DNA of 64,000 nt from NCBI GenBank assembly GCA_945900965.1, contig CAMDKM010000003.1, forward strand, positions 73,715 through 137,714, written 5' to 3'. Position 1 is the stretch's first letter. Each line of letters opens with the position of its first letter. Origin of the DNA: Bordetella parapertussis. GTDB lineage: Bacteria; Pseudomonadota; Gammaproteobacteria; Burkholderiales; JACQAP01. The position numbers were made by a program, and so were the translations under genes. The notes under the pieces are model-generated. The model made no database searches. It was not told the DNA's origin and saw only the letters and a list, made by a program, of their open reading frames with translations. Shown here in pieces: positions 10,506-21,473 of this stretch.

Positions 10506-12020
10506 ATGCATCTATTGCGGCTGCTGAAAATACTGCGGGTGTCCCTGCGCTTTGGGCTGGACGAATTTTTCCTTGGCCACGAGCGCGTACGCGGGCTGCG
10601 CACCGTGCTATCCGTGCTGTTGTTCTGGCGCCGGCTGGGGCGTCCGCGGGGCGAAAGGCTGCGTCTGGCGTTGGAGACATTGGGACCTATATTCGTCAAG
10701 TTCGGTCAAGTCCTCTCCACCCGCCGCGACCTGATTCCCCTCGACATCGCCGACGAACTGGCGAAACTGCAAGATCAGGTTCCGCCGTTTCCGGCCGAGC
10801 AGGTGTACGTGGCACTTGCGCACGCGTACGGAAAACCCGCGGAGCAAGTCTTTGAGCGGTTCGACCCGGTTGCCATCGCCAGCGCCTCCGTGGCTCAGGT
10901 CCATTTTGCGACCCTGCCCGGCGGGCGCGAGGTGGCCGTCAAGATTCTGCGGCCGAAAATCGGGCGAGTGATTGTCGAAGATATTGCCCTGCTGGACGTG
11001 GCGGCGGGTCTGCTGGAGCGCTTATGGCGCGATGGCCGGCGGCTCAAGCCCAGGCAAGTGGTGGCGGAATTCGAAAGGCATCTTGGCGATGAATTGGATC
11101 TGCTGCGGGAAGCCGCCAACGCCAGCCAATTGCGGCGCAATTTCGCCGGTTCGCCCTTGCTCAGGGTTCCGGAAATTTTCTGGGATTTCTGTGCCACCGA
11201 GGTCATGGTGATGGAAAGAATGCCCGGCATTCCGATAAGCCAGGTTGATGCCTTGCGCAGCCAGGGGGTGGATATATCAAAGCTGGCACGGGCCGGCGTT
11301 GAGATATTTTTTACCCAGGTATTTCGCGATGGTTTTTTCCATGCCGACATGCATCCCGGCAATATTTTTGTTGATGCCGACGGGCGTTATATCGCGCTGG
11401 ACTTCGGCATCATGGGAACCCTGAACGACACGGACAAGAATTACCTGGCGCGCAATTTTCTGGCTTTCTTTCAACGCGACTACCGGCGGGTAGCGCAAAT
11501 TCACCTCGAATCGGGCTGGATTCCGGCGCAGACCCGGGTCGATGAATTCGAAACCGCCATCCGGGCGGTGTGCGAGCCGATATTTGATCGACCGCTGCGG
11601 GAAATTTCCTTCGGCAAGGTGCTGCTGCGCCTGTTTCAGACCTCCCGCCGCTTCAACGTCGAAATTCAGCCGCAATTGGTATTGCTGCAAAAAACGCTGC
11701 TTAACATCGAGGGACTCGGCCGCGATCTGGATCCGGATCTGGATCTTTGGAAAACCGCCAAGCCTTATCTGGAACGCTGGATGTCCGAGCAAGTCGGCTG
11801 GCGCGGCCTGCTGCGTCACCTGAAAGCCGAAGCGCCTCAGTGGGGGGTGTTGTTGCCGCAACTTCCCCGATTGCTGCACCAGCGTCTGGCCGGGCAGGCG
11901 GCGGATGGCCTTCCCACCGCAGTGGTGTCCTTGGCCCGATCACAGCGGCAACAAAACCGCTTGCTGGCGGCAATATTACTGGTATTGCTCGCGATTCTCG
12001 TCGTCCAGACGCTTCCCTAG
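10506..12020 (+). CDS. ubiB: Ubiquinone biosynthesis kinase-like protein UbiB
   Basis: [30 protein letters not shown]. Confidence 0.95.
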   Translation: MHLLRLLKILRVSLRFGLDEFFLGHERVRGLRTVLSVLLFWRRLGRPRGERLRLALETLGPIFVKFGQVLSTRRDLIPLDIADELAKLQDQVPPFPAEQVYVALAHAYGKPAEQVFERFDPVAIASASVAQVHFATLPGGREVAVKILRPKIGRVIVEDIALLDVAAGLLERLWRDGRRLKPRQVVAEFERHLGDELDLLREAANASQLRRNFAGSPLLRVPEIFWDFCATEVMVMERMPGIPISQVDALRSQGVDISKLARAGVEIFFTQVFRDGFFHADMHPGNIFVDADGRYIALDFGIMGTLNDTDKNYLARNFLAFFQRDYRRVAQIHLESGWIPAQTRVDEFETAIRAVCEPIFDRPLREISFGKVLLRLFQTSRRFNVEIQPQLVLLQKTLLNIEGLGRDLDPDLDLWKTAKPYLERWMSEQVGWRGLLRHLKAEAPQWGVLLPQLPRLLHQRLAGQAADGLPTAVVSLARSQRQQNRLLAAILLVLLAILVVQTLP

Positions 12021-12050
12021 TCCTTTTGCGCCGGGGGGTGTGTCTCGGCG

Positions 12051-12093
12051 CTGTCATATTTCAGTTATAAGTCAGTCATTTTCTTGTCACATT
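12051..12093 (+). promoter_or_regulatory. Tandem Pho boxes upstream of the porin
   Basis: CTGTCATattt CAGTTATaagt CAGTCATtttc TTGTCAC: four half-sites at exact 11-bp period. Confidence 0.85.
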
Positions 12094-12207
12094 CCGGTCT
12101 CAGACTGCGATCCCATTGAGGTGGCGGGCATCCGGCCTGCAACGTCCTCGTTGAGAACTTTGCCCGGCGATAAGCGGGCGCACAGCTTTCTAACCCGGGA
12201 GAAAACC

Positions 12208-13815
12208 ATGCAATCAGCTTTCAAAATGCCGAAGCCACTCATGCTGGCGGCAGTCATCGCATCCTTATTCGTCGCTTCACCTTTGCCTGTGCTGTCCGCC
12301 GACATGGAAACCTTGATCGAGAAGCTCAAGGACAAAGGGGTGCTGAGCGAAGAGGAGTTTCAGGAGATGCGCACCGAAGCCCGCGCCGATCGGCGGGCAG
12401 AGGCGCTCCGGCGCGCTCAGGAAACCGAGAAAGCGGAAAAGGCTGCGACCACTTTGGGAAGGGTCAAGGGTAATGGTTTTGGTATCGAGTCAGCCGACGG
12501 CCAAAGCTCGATCAATCTGACCGGGCGCATGCATTTTGACGCTCGTCAGTTTTCCCAGGACATGTTCAAGGGCTCCGATGATCGCGATACAGCGTCGGTG
12601 GCCAACAATTTTGAAATTCGCCGTGCCCGTATCGGCTTTAACGGATTGATTTTGAAAGATATCGGATTCGAGATCGTGGCCAACGCAGTGGGTTCAAACG
12701 CCAACCTGATTGATACGGCATGGCTGAATATGGGTTTTCTGCAAGGAGCCCAGTTGCGAATTGGCCGCTTCAAACAACCCTTCAATCTCGAAGAACTGAC
12801 CAGCTCGAATAACATCGATTTCATGGAGCGGTCGTACGTAAATCAACTGGCGCCCGCCAAAAAAATCGGGATCATGCTTCACGGTGAGCCCATTGCCGGA
12901 TTTGTCTATGGGGTTTCCGCATTCCAGGAGGACTTTGCGCAAAATTCCGCCAACGAAGACATCCAAGCCGCGGCGCGTGTCGCTGCCAACATTGCCACCT
13001 TCACCGGTTGGACGAACACCGTGCTCCACTTGGGTCTCTCTGGCACCGCTGGTCAGTATCAGATCAGGCCGGCGGTTTCCTCACAGACAACCAGTGCGGC
13101 ATCCGGAACCACCAGAGCGACGATTGTAGGATTCCGCAGTGAAAACAGGGGTCTGCAGAATGTTTACCGCGCGCAAATCAATGGAACGGCCCTCAACACG
13201 GCCGGCACTATCGCCGGCGCCGTTGACGAAATCGCTGCTGACGTGGACAAGGACCTGAAGGGCCTGGAACTCGCCGCAACCTATGGGCCGTTCAAGCTTC
13301 AAGCTGAATTCGTCAAGGCCAATTTTAATGCGACTCATGCCGCAGCTGCCGTAAATACCGTGGAGGGTGACGTCAAAGCCCAATACTTGGAAGCGATCTG
13401 GAACATCACCGGCGAGAAATGGTCAGACGCGTACCGGGGTGGGGTCTTTTCCGGAATCAAGCCGATGACCAATTTCAATGTCGGGAATCTACAGGGCACG
13501 GGAGCTTGGCAATTGGCGCTGCGCCGGTCAGCATACGATGCGAGTGACATTGCCGTCGGAAATAACACAGCGCGGCAGCAAAACAACAACAAGGCAAACA
13601 CGTTGACTGTTGGGGTGAATTGGGTGCTCAATCCCAATGTCCGAATCATGATGGATTACGCCAAGACCAAGTTCGACGGCCAGTGTTTCAGCGGCACCGG
13701 TAATACCACAAGCACCACAGCGTGCGTCAAAGCGCTGGATGTATCGAGTCCCGCCGCACAAAATCCCATAGATTCGGAAACCGTCATGAGCCTGCGTGGA
13801 CAGGTGAACTTCTAA
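12208..13815 (+). CDS. OprO/OprP-family phosphate-selective porin
   Basis: Signal peptide; FEIRRARIG; GRFKQPFNLEELTSSNNIDFMERS; GVNWVLNPNVRIMMDY; terminal Phe; Pho boxes upstream. Confidence 0.88.
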   Translation: MQSAFKMPKPLMLAAVIASLFVASPLPVLSADMETLIEKLKDKGVLSEEEFQEMRTEARADRRAEALRRAQETEKAEKAATTLGRVKGNGFGIESADGQSSINLTGRMHFDARQFSQDMFKGSDDRDTASVANNFEIRRARIGFNGLILKDIGFEIVANAVGSNANLIDTAWLNMGFLQGAQLRIGRFKQPFNLEELTSSNNIDFMERSYVNQLAPAKKIGIMLHGEPIAGFVYGVSAFQEDFAQNSANEDIQAAARVAANIATFTGWTNTVLHLGLSGTAGQYQIRPAVSSQTTSAASGTTRATIVGFRSENRGLQNVYRAQINGTALNTAGTIAGAVDEIAADVDKDLKGLELAATYGPFKLQAEFVKANFNATHAAAAVNTVEGDVKAQYLEAIWNITGEKWSDAYRGGVFSGIKPMTNFNVGNLQGTGAWQLALRRSAYDASDIAVGNNTARQQNNNKANTLTVGVNWVLNPNVRIMMDYAKTKFDGQCFSGTGNTTSTTACVKALDVSSPAAQNPIDSETVMSLRGQVNF

Positions 13816-13869
13816 GCCTTGCGAAGCAGACCGCTGTTCCTCACGCGGCTCTGTTTCGAGATTTCCAAG

Positions 13870-13903
13870 AAGCCGCCGGGGTAAAGTTGCCGGCGGCTTT
13901 TTT
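13870..13903 (+). terminator. Rho-independent terminator after the porin
   Basis: AAGCCGCCGG-ggtaaagttg-CCGGCGGCTT followed by T run. Confidence 0.8.
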
Positions 13904-14002
13904 GGCCCTTTCCGTTTGACAATACAAAACTTATCCCCATAACTTTCAAGCCCTTGCTAGAATCCCGCGTCCGAACGACCCAGACCGGAGTTTTAGCAGG
14001 GC

Positions 14003-15088
14003 ATGGCACTTCTCGAAATTCGTAATGTCACGCGCCGCTTCGGCAAGTTCACCGCGGTGGACGACGTCAGTCTGAGCATCGAAAGCGGCGAGTTTTTCAC
14101 CCTGCTGGGCCCTTCGGGCTGCGGCAAAACCACCCTTCTGCGGATGATCGCAGGCTTCGATGTCCCGGATGCCGGGCAGATTATTCTTGACGGCAAGGAC
14201 ATGAGCGGTATTGCGCCGGAGTCGCGGAATATCCATACTGTTTTCCAGAGTTACGCCTTGTTTCCTCACATGACGGTCGAAGAGAACATCGCTTTTCCTC
14301 TGAAAATGGCCAAGGTCGATCCCTCCCAGATCGGGACGCGCATCGAGGAAACCCTGGAAGACGTGCGGCTGACCGGCATGAACAAGCGTTATCCGAGTGA
14401 GCTATCCGGCGGCCAGAAACAACGGGTGGCGGTTGCCCGGGCGCTGATCAACCGGCCCAAACTGCTGTTGCTGGACGAGCCTCTCGCGGCGCTGGATGCC
14501 AAGCTCAAGGAAAGTGTGCAGATAGAGCTGATCAATCTGCAACGGGAGGTGGGGATCACCTTCGTTTACGTGACTCACGATCAGGGTGAGGCGCTGGCGC
14601 TGTCCCATCGCATCGCCGTGATGAATGAAGCGCGCGTCGAGCAGGTGGATGAGCCCTCCAAGATTTATGGCTTTCCAAAAAATCGCTTTGTGGCGGACTT
14701 TATAGGCCAGTGCAACCTGTTCGACGGCGAAATCACGTCCTGCGAGGGAGAGCGCATGACGCTGGAGTTGGCCGGCATCGGTTCGGTATCGGCCTTGAAT
14801 ATGGAAAACGACGACCCCGGACTGGCCGGGGTGCTGGCTCTGAGGCCGGAAAAAGTGGCGATCGGCAGGGAGTTGCCCGAGGGCCCGGACCTCAACCGCT
14901 TTTCCGGCAAGGTGCAAGACTGGCTTTATCTGGGCGATGTGACCGTTTACATCGTGGAACTCGAGAGTGGCAAACGCGTCGAGGCCTTGTTGCCAAACTC
15001 TGCCGCAGGCCGCGCCAAATTTTTCGAAGACGGCGACAAAGTTCAGGTGAGCTGGCGCTATGACGCCGGGCATTTCTTGAACGACTGA
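14003..15088 (+). CDS. potA: Polyamine ABC transporter ATP-binding protein
   Basis: GPSGCGKTT; TVFQSYALFPHM; LSGGQKQR; TOBE-like C-terminus. Confidence 0.88.
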   Translation: MALLEIRNVTRRFGKFTAVDDVSLSIESGEFFTLLGPSGCGKTTLLRMIAGFDVPDAGQIILDGKDMSGIAPESRNIHTVFQSYALFPHMTVEENIAFPLKMAKVDPSQIGTRIEETLEDVRLTGMNKRYPSELSGGQKQRVAVARALINRPKLLLLDEPLAALDAKLKESVQIELINLQREVGITFVYVTHDQGEALALSHRIAVMNEARVEQVDEPSKIYGFPKNRFVADFIGQCNLFDGEITSCEGERMTLELAGIGSVSALNMENDDPGLAGVLALRPEKVAIGRELPEGPDLNRFSGKVQDWLYLGDVTVYIVELESGKRVEALLPNSAAGRAKFFEDGDKVQVSWRYDAGHFLND

Positions 15089-15094
15089 AGCGGC

Positions 15095-15985
15095 ATGGCG
15101 TCCGGTCCGAATCGCTTGCACAAATGGCTGATCGGCGGGCCGCCGCTCGCCTATCTGCTGTTTTTCTTTGCCATTCCCGTGTTGATCATGGTGGTGGCTT
15201 CGCTGCGCAATCCGGGCACCTTTGGCGGCTTGGCGCCCATATTTCTGGATGTCGAAGGCGGGCGCCAACTCAATCTGACCGGGGAGAGTTACGCGCGGTT
15301 TTTTTCCGACTTTCTTTATGTCGGATTGTTCCTCAAGTCTTTTGCGTATGCGGCGATTACCGCGCTGGCCTGCCTGATCATCGCCTACCCATTGGCAATG
15401 CTGATTGCCCGCAGTCCGAAAAAACATCGGGATCTGCTGGTCTTATTGGTGATATTGCCCTTCTGGTCGAATTTCCTGATCCGCGTCTACGCCTGGATCA
15501 TCATTCTGGGCCCGCAGTCGGTATTTGTGACTTTGCTTAATGTTGTGGTCGGCTGGTTTGGCGCAGAACCGGTGACGCTTCTGTACACGCCTTTTGCGGT
15601 CATTGTCGGCCTGGTTTATGTGCATCTGCCCTTCATGGTGCTGCCGCTCTACGCCAATCTGGAGAAACACGATCCGGCACTTCTGGATGCCGCCCAGGAT
15701 CTTGGCGCCAACGGCTGGCAGCGCTTCTGGCGGGTGACTTTCCCGCTGTCGCTCCCTGGGGTGTATGCAGGCGCCGCGCTGGTCTTTATTCCCGCGTTGG
15801 GGATTTTTGCCATCCCCGATATTCTGGGTGGTACCCAGGGCATCATGATCGGCAATGTCATCAAGCAGCAGTTTCTCGATACCCGCGACTGGCCGTTCGG
15901 CAGCGTTCTATCGATCGTCTTGACCGTTATGGCCATTGCGCTGGCTGGTCTTGCGGCCTGGGTCGGGAGGAAGTCGCGGGTATGA
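15095..15985 (+). CDS. potB: Polyamine ABC transporter permease
   Basis: ILPFWSNFLIRVYAW; LLDAAQDLGA; RDWPFGS. Confidence 0.88.
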   Translation: MASGPNRLHKWLIGGPPLAYLLFFFAIPVLIMVVASLRNPGTFGGLAPIFLDVEGGRQLNLTGESYARFFSDFLYVGLFLKSFAYAAITALACLIIAYPLAMLIARSPKKHRDLLVLLVILPFWSNFLIRVYAWIIILGPQSVFVTLLNVVVGWFGAEPVTLLYTPFAVIVGLVYVHLPFMVLPLYANLEKHDPALLDAAQDLGANGWQRFWRVTFPLSLPGVYAGAALVFIPALGIFAIPDILGGTQGIMIGNVIKQQFLDTRDWPFGSVLSIVLTVMAIALAGLAAWVGRKSRV

Positions 15986-16755
15986 ACCGCCGTCCGGGCT
16001 GGCTGTGGTCTGCGGCGATCGCGGCCTACGTATTCCTTTATGCACCGCTAGCCATCGTGGTGGCCTACTCGTTCAACGATTCGCGCCTGAACGCGGAGTG
16101 GGTCGGATTCACTTTCGACTGGTATCGGAAACTGTTTCAGAACGAACGCATGCTGGGGGCGGCCTGGAACTCACTGGTGATTGGCGTGGTCACCAGCGCC
16201 GTCTCCACGGTGCTGGGAACGATGGCTGGCTATGCCCTGTACCGGTTCAAGACCCGGCTGCTGCCCATCCTGGTGCTGGCGCCGATTGCCATTCCGGAAA
16301 TTTTGATGGGCGTCTCGTTATTGATCTTTTTCGTGATGCTCAATCTCACTCTGGGCATGGTCTCGATTATTTTGTCGCACATCGCGTTTTGTATCGGGTT
16401 TGTCGCCATCGTCGTGCGCTCGCGCCTTGCCGGCATGGACGAAAGCCTGACCGAAGCGGCGCGCGACCTGGGCGCGAGCCCTTGGCAGGCTTTCAGGCTG
16501 GTGACCCTGCCGTTGATCATGCCGGGCGTCATTGCCGGCGCCTTGATGGCTTTTACCCTGTCGATCGATGACTTCGTCATCACCTTCTTTACCGCCGGCG
16601 TGGGGTCTTCGACTCTGCCCTTGCAGATCTACACCATGGTCAAGATCTCGGTGACACCGGAGGTCAATGCCGTCTCCACGCTGCTAATGCTTCTAACCCT
16701 GGCGCTGATCATGATTGCGAGCAAACTCTCACCTGACATGCTGAAAGGGCGATGA
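15982..16755 (+). CDS. potC: Polyamine ABC transporter permease
   Basis: EAARDLGA; FTLSIDDFVITFF; TPEVNA. Confidence 0.88.
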   Translation: MNRRPGWLWSAAIAAYVFLYAPLAIVVAYSFNDSRLNAEWVGFTFDWYRKLFQNERMLGAAWNSLVIGVVTSAVSTVLGTMAGYALYRFKTRLLPILVLAPIAIPEILMGVSLLIFFVMLNLTLGMVSIILSHIAFCIGFVAIVVRSRLAGMDESLTEAARDLGASPWQAFRLVTLPLIMPGVIAGALMAFTLSIDDFVITFFTAGVGSSTLPLQIYTMVKISVTPEVNAVSTLLMLLTLALIMIASKLSPDMLKGR

Positions 16756-16874
16756 ATGCCGAATCCGGAAAGTCTTACTAAAAACCGCTGGACGCTGATA
16801 CGCCGATTGCCTAATCTTGCGTCCGCGCAATGCTTTGCCATTCGTTTCGACGATACTTTGCCACGGAGGGGACC

Positions 16875-17930
16875 ATGAAAAAACTGTTGTCGCTGCTGTT
16901 ATTTGTCAGTCTGCCGTCACTGGCCGCGGACGAGTTGCATCTTTATAACTGGAACGATTACATCGACCCGGAAGCGGTCAAACGCTTCGAAGTGTCCTGC
17001 AAGTGCAAGGTGGTGCAGGATTACTACGGCGCCAATGAAGAGCTGATGGCGAAGCTGGCCGCAGGCGCCAAAGGTTACGACGTGATGATCCCGACCTCGA
17101 ACTATGTCGCGGGCATGGCCAAGGAAGGCTGGATACAGCCTCTGGACAAAGCCAAGCTGCCCAATTTCAAGAACATCATGCCGGCTTACCTGAACACCGA
17201 TTTCGATCCCGGCAACAAGTATTCGGCGCCCTATGCGATGTCCATCACGCTGCTGGGCTACAACGACCTGAAGATGAAGGAGCTCGGCATCACGGTCGAT
17301 TCCTGGGCGGTTATTTTCGACCCGAAGATACTGAAGAAGATCAAGGGCAAGGTCACGGTGTACGACAGCCAGGACGAATTGATGGCCGCAGCACTGAAGT
17401 ATCTGGGCTATTCGATGAACGATCGCGACCCGGCACACTGGCAACAAGCCAAGGAAACCATTCTCAAGGCAAAGCCCTATTGGGCGGCATTCATGTCGCA
17501 GGGCTATATCAAGGAATTGGCCGCAGGAAACCTGTGGGTGGTGCACGGATTTTCGAACGACATTTTCGGAGCCGACGCCGGCGCCCAGGAAGCCAAGAAA
17601 AAATTCCGCATCCGCCATGCCTTGCCCAAGGAAGGTGCTGTCCTGGCTCTGGATGCGATGGTGATCGCCAAAGGCGCGCCGCGTCCCGATCTGGCGCACA
17701 AGTTCATTGACTTCATGCTGGATGGCAAGAATTCCGCAGGATTGACCAATATCACCGGTTCCGGCAATCCAAACGCCGAAGCGATGAAACACATCAAGCC
17801 GGAAATCAAGTCGATCAAGGCGGTGTTTCCCGACCCCGAATCGGCCAAACGCCTGGAGCAGTTGAAGGACATGAGCCCCGAACAGCGGCAATTGCTCAAC
17901 AAGATCTGGACGGAAATCAAGGTCAAATAG
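16875..17930 (+). CDS. potD: Polyamine ABC substrate-binding protein (PotD/PotF family)
   Basis: GGAGG RBS; signal peptide; LHLYNWNDYI; PKEGA. Confidence 0.85.
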   Translation: MKKLLSLLLFVSLPSLAADELHLYNWNDYIDPEAVKRFEVSCKCKVVQDYYGANEELMAKLAAGAKGYDVMIPTSNYVAGMAKEGWIQPLDKAKLPNFKNIMPAYLNTDFDPGNKYSAPYAMSITLLGYNDLKMKELGITVDSWAVIFDPKILKKIKGKVTVYDSQDELMAAALKYLGYSMNDRDPAHWQQAKETILKAKPYWAAFMSQGYIKELAAGNLWVVHGFSNDIFGADAGAQEAKKKFRIRHALPKEGAVLALDAMVIAKGAPRPDLAHKFIDFMLDGKNSAGLTNITGSGNPNAEAMKHIKPEIKSIKAVFPDPESAKRLEQLKDMSPEQRQLLNKIWTEIKVK

Positions 17931-17937
17931 AACTTCT

Positions 17938-17972
17938 GCACGGCGCGAAGGAGTAACTTCTTCGCGCCGTGC
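17938..17972. terminator. Hairpin between convergent genes (probable bidirectional terminator)
   Basis: GCACGGCGCGAAG...CTTCGCGCCGTGC. Confidence 0.65.
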
Positions 17973-17991
17973 CCGGACTGCCTTCCCGCAG

Positions 17992-18948
17992 TTACGGTTC
18001 CCAGCCGCGTTCCAACTGGGCAATAAAATCGGGCAGCGAATGATTGGGAAGAAACGATATCCCGGCGGCGCGACCACGCCCCCCGCCGGAGTCGAATAAA
18101 CGGGCGATTCCAAGCACGTTCGCGCGCTCCGGTCCGCGCAGGCTTACCCGGTATCCTCCCGCTGTGCGCCCGAGCAGGGCAACGACCCTATCCGGATTTT
18201 CTCGCGCCAGTTCGTTACCCAGAACCCCGGATATGCGCCGGCTCCAGTCGGTATCCGGCAACAAAACCAGCAAGGAATATTTTCCGAGTTCGCGCCTGGG
18301 CAATTGACGGGCCTTTTCCAGATCGCCGGCAAGCCCGGCGCGCAACACGGCCATTTCCGGCGCGCGGGCATAAAAATCGAGCGGATGGACGAAGGGCCGC
18401 AATCGCAGATACAGGTCGACCGGGTCATAATGCAGATCTGCGGGCGAATTACCGTAGGCGTTGTAGTTCAGGCATTCGCCCACTTCACGCAATGCGCCAA
18501 GCTGTGTCTTATCGAGCCCTAAATTCGCGGCGGTTGCCATCGCCGCGTCGTGAAGATTGTCGCCAAATGCGGCGGCGATCGCCCAGGCCCGATGGGCGCC
18601 ATTGAGGTGGCGATCCACCATCAGGCTGGTGCAAATCTCCGCCGAGGTGTCGATTTGCGCGTCGAGCCGCGGATGGGCCGGAATGTCGCCGGCGAAGTGG
18701 TGATCAAAGTAACGAACGGTGGCGCCTCGCTCCAGCATTGCCAGCAATTCCGCGCGGTTGGCATCGAGCGAAATGTCCAGGACCGTCACTTGGTCGCCCT
18801 CGCCAGGATGGACTTTTTTGAGCAGGCTGATGTCCCGTTTGACGCCCGAAACCAAAACCGACTCAAGCGGTTCGCTCAAGCGCAATTGATGCAGGGCGCA
18901 GATTCCATCGGCGTCGCCATTGAATATGTCATAGAATTTCACGGGCAT
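17992..18948 (-). CDS. DHH family phosphoesterase
   Basis: NGDADG motif; YFDHH; C-terminal SGGGR (DHHA1-like). Confidence 0.75.
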   Translation of the reverse strand: MPVKFYDIFNGDADGICALHQLRLSEPLESVLVSGVKRDISLLKKVHPGEGDQVTVLDISLDANRAELLAMLERGATVRYFDHHFAGDIPAHPRLDAQIDTSAEICTSLMVDRHLNGAHRAWAIAAAFGDNLHDAAMATAANLGLDKTQLGALREVGECLNYNAYGNSPADLHYDPVDLYLRLRPFVHPLDFYARAPEMAVLRAGLAGDLEKARQLPRRELGKYSLLVLLPDTDWSRRISGVLGNELARENPDRVVALLGRTAGGYRVSLRGPERANVLGIARLFDSGGGRGRAAGISFLPNHSLPDFIAQLERGWEP

Positions 18949-19041
18949 TTGCTTCTTGATTGCACAGTATTATCGGTGGGTAATTCGCCCTCGATTTGCC
19001 GGGGTCGCCCATGGAAAGGCTAGGCAAAACACACCTATCAC

Positions 19042-20160
19042 ATGAGCGAACCGACTAACTCCCTTGTTGCGCCCGACCGTCGACGCTCTCGTCTGGTGCG
19101 ATATTTGACCCTAACCTACTCGGGTGTGGTGGTCTACGCCAGCCTTTATCCTTTCTCCGACTGGCGCGCGCCGGTTGAGGATCCGGTCGCGTTTGTGCTG
19201 GCCCAATGGCCGCACTACGTGACTTTATCGGATATTGCCCTCAATACCCTGGCCTATTTCCCGATCGGGTTTTTGCTTGCCTTGCTGTTCATGGAGCGCA
19301 TGCCACGTCCGGTCGCCATTTTGCCAGCAGTGGTTTGCGGCGCCATTTTCAGCCTCTTGATTGAATTGACGCAGGCCTTTCTGCCCTCACGAGTTCCTTC
19401 CAATCTGGATCTGCTGACTAACGCGTCTGGAGCGCTGCTGGGCGCAATGGCGGCCTGTTGGCAAGGCGCCTGGTGGAATTCGTCCGGCCGCCTGTATCGG
19501 CTGCGCAATCGATTCTTTCATCAAGGATTTTTGGCGGACCTCGGCTTTGCCTTGCTGGCGTGCTGGCTCTTCACGCAACTCAACGCGGAAATCTGGCTGT
19601 TCGGCAACGGCGAGTTACTGAATTGGTTACCGGGACAGATCGGCTTGAGCTATTCGGCCAAAACCTATCCTTATTTCGAAGCAGCGGTGGCGGTACTTAA
19701 TTTTTCCGGGGTGGCGTTCCTGGTGTCGGTGTTGGCATGTTCCGCCACAGTTGCAGGGACAACCCTCGTGGCACTCACGGTATTGGCGCTGACGCTAAAG
19801 TCGATCGCCTCGTCCGCATTGTTTGTATCCGGCAACCCTTTGCTCTGGATAACGCCTGGTTCAATCGCCGGCCTGGCGATTGGTGTCGTGGTCTGGCGTT
19901 TGTCGCCCCGGAATTCGGTAGGCGGACTGGCCAGGGCCTCGGCGGCATGTCTTGCATTGGGCACGGTGGTGGTGAATATTGCGCCGGTGAACCCGTATCT
20001 GCTCGATACCCTCCGGGTGTGGCGTCACGGGCATTACGCGAGTTTCGACGGCATCACCCATGCGATATCGGCGGCTTGGCCTTTTCTTGCGCTGGCCTAT
20101 TTGATCGTTCTGATGCGTCGTCGTGCCGGAACCTCACCCTTCATCGAGCAGAACGCATGA
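19042..20160 (+). CDS. VanZ family membrane protein
   Basis: YASLYPF; D..LN.LAYFPIG; ELTQAFLPSRVPSNLDLLTN. Confidence 0.8.
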   Translation: MSEPTNSLVAPDRRRSRLVRYLTLTYSGVVVYASLYPFSDWRAPVEDPVAFVLAQWPHYVTLSDIALNTLAYFPIGFLLALLFMERMPRPVAILPAVVCGAIFSLLIELTQAFLPSRVPSNLDLLTNASGALLGAMAACWQGAWWNSSGRLYRLRNRFFHQGFLADLGFALLACWLFTQLNAEIWLFGNGELLNWLPGQIGLSYSAKTYPYFEAAVAVLNFSGVAFLVSVLACSATVAGTTLVALTVLALTLKSIASSALFVSGNPLLWITPGSIAGLAIGVVVWRLSPRNSVGGLARASAACLALGTVVVNIAPVNPYLLDTLRVWRHGHYASFDGITHAISAAWPFLALAYLIVLMRRRAGTSPFIEQNA

Positions 20161-20486
20161 CGCCCGAACACAACCCGCTCATCGCCCTTCGCAACCAACT
20201 GCGCGAATTTGCCGAGGCCAGAAACTGGGAGCAATTCCACAATCCCAAGAATCTTGCGATGTCCGTGGCCATCGAGGCCGCGGAAATCATGGAGTATTTT
20301 CAGTGGCTCACCCTTGAACAAAGTCGTGCGCTGGCAATGGAGCAGCGACGCGAAGTTGCCCATGAACTGGCCGACGTGATGCTCTACCTTATCCGGCTGG
20401 CGGATGTGCTGGGCATCGATCTCGAAGATGCGGCCGTCAGAAAAATCGCTCTCAACGCCCTCAAGTATCCGGCCAACAAAGGCTGA
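20157..20486 (+). CDS. MazG-like nucleotide pyrophosphohydrolase
   Basis: RNWEQFHNPKNLAMS..IEAAE; ELADV; ATGA overlap with the VanZ gene. Confidence 0.88.
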   Translation: MTPEHNPLIALRNQLREFAEARNWEQFHNPKNLAMSVAIEAAEIMEYFQWLTLEQSRALAMEQRREVAHELADVMLYLIRLADVLGIDLEDAAVRKIALNALKYPANKG

Positions 20487-20534
20487 TGTTCAGGCGGCGG
20501 CTATAATGTTCGCCGCTTCGAAGAGGAACCGCCG

Positions 20535-20843
20535 GTGAGCCACTATCAACATCACGTATTTTTCTGCTGCAACCAGCGCGCCAACGGCGAAGCCTGCTGC
20601 AACGATCATCATGCCCAGAAGATGCGCGACTACGCCAAGACCAAGGTGAAGTCACTGCAGTTGTCCGGGCCGGGGAAAGCGCGCATCAACATGGCCGGTT
20701 GCATGGATCGCTGCGCAGAGGGTCCGGTGATGGCCATCTATCCGGAAGCCGTGTGGTATACCTATATCGACAAGGACGACATCGACGAAATTATCGAGGA
20801 GCATCTCGTTAATGGTCGTGTGGTAGAGCGTCTGCGCATTTGA
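20535..20843 (+). CDS. Thioredoxin-like [2Fe-2S] ferredoxin
   Basis: HVFFCCNQR..CC; AGCMDRCAEGP; YPEAVWY. Confidence 0.9.
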   Translation: MSHYQHHVFFCCNQRANGEACCNDHHAQKMRDYAKTKVKSLQLSGPGKARINMAGCMDRCAEGPVMAIYPEAVWYTYIDKDDIDEIIEEHLVNGRVVERLRI

Positions 20844-21451
20844 GCACGGCGCAACGAACTTTCATCGACGGTCCGGCGGGCCGCATTGAAATTGCGGTAA
20901 GCGAAGCCGTTGAGCCGCGACGCGGCATCGCATTATTGGCCCACCCTCATCCGCTTCATGGCGGAACGCTGGATAATAAAGTTATCCAGACGCTGGCCAA
21001 GGCATTCTCTCGCAGCGGGTACCACGCGATTCGCCTGAATTTTCGTGGCGTCGGCGCAAGCGAAGGTAGATATGATGAGGGTCGTGGCGAAGTCGAGGAT
21101 TTTCTGGCACTGGCGGAGCATGCAAGGCGTACCTATGGTGCGGGCGAACTGGTCATGGGCGGGTTTTCCTTTGGCGCCCATATTGCCGCCGCCGCGGCGG
21201 CCCAAAAAGAGCCGGTGCAGTTGGTGCTCGTGGGGCTGGCAGTAAATCACTTCCCGGTTGCGGCAGTTCCTGCCCAGACCTTGGTTGTGCATGGCGAACT
21301 CGACGACGTTGTGCCCTTGAAAGACGTCCTGGACTGGGCTCGCCCGCAACAACTGCCCGTGGTTGTTTTCCCCGGCGCCGGGCATTTCTTTCATGGCGCG
21401 CTGGTCAGGCTGCAAGCGCTGGTCGAGCAGCACTGCCGCCGCCAAGAGTGA
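20840..21451 (+). CDS. Alpha/beta hydrolase
   Basis: HPHPLHGG; GFSFG nucleophile motif; GAGHFF. Confidence 0.88.
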   Translation: MSTAQRTFIDGPAGRIEIAVSEAVEPRRGIALLAHPHPLHGGTLDNKVIQTLAKAFSRSGYHAIRLNFRGVGASEGRYDEGRGEVEDFLALAEHARRTYGAGELVMGGFSFGAHIAAAAAAQKEPVQLVLVGLAVNHFPVAAVPAQTLVVHGELDDVVPLKDVLDWARPQQLPVVVFPGAGHFFHGALVRLQALVEQHCRRQE

Positions 21452-21473
21452 GCAACCATTTCGGGAGAGTGCA

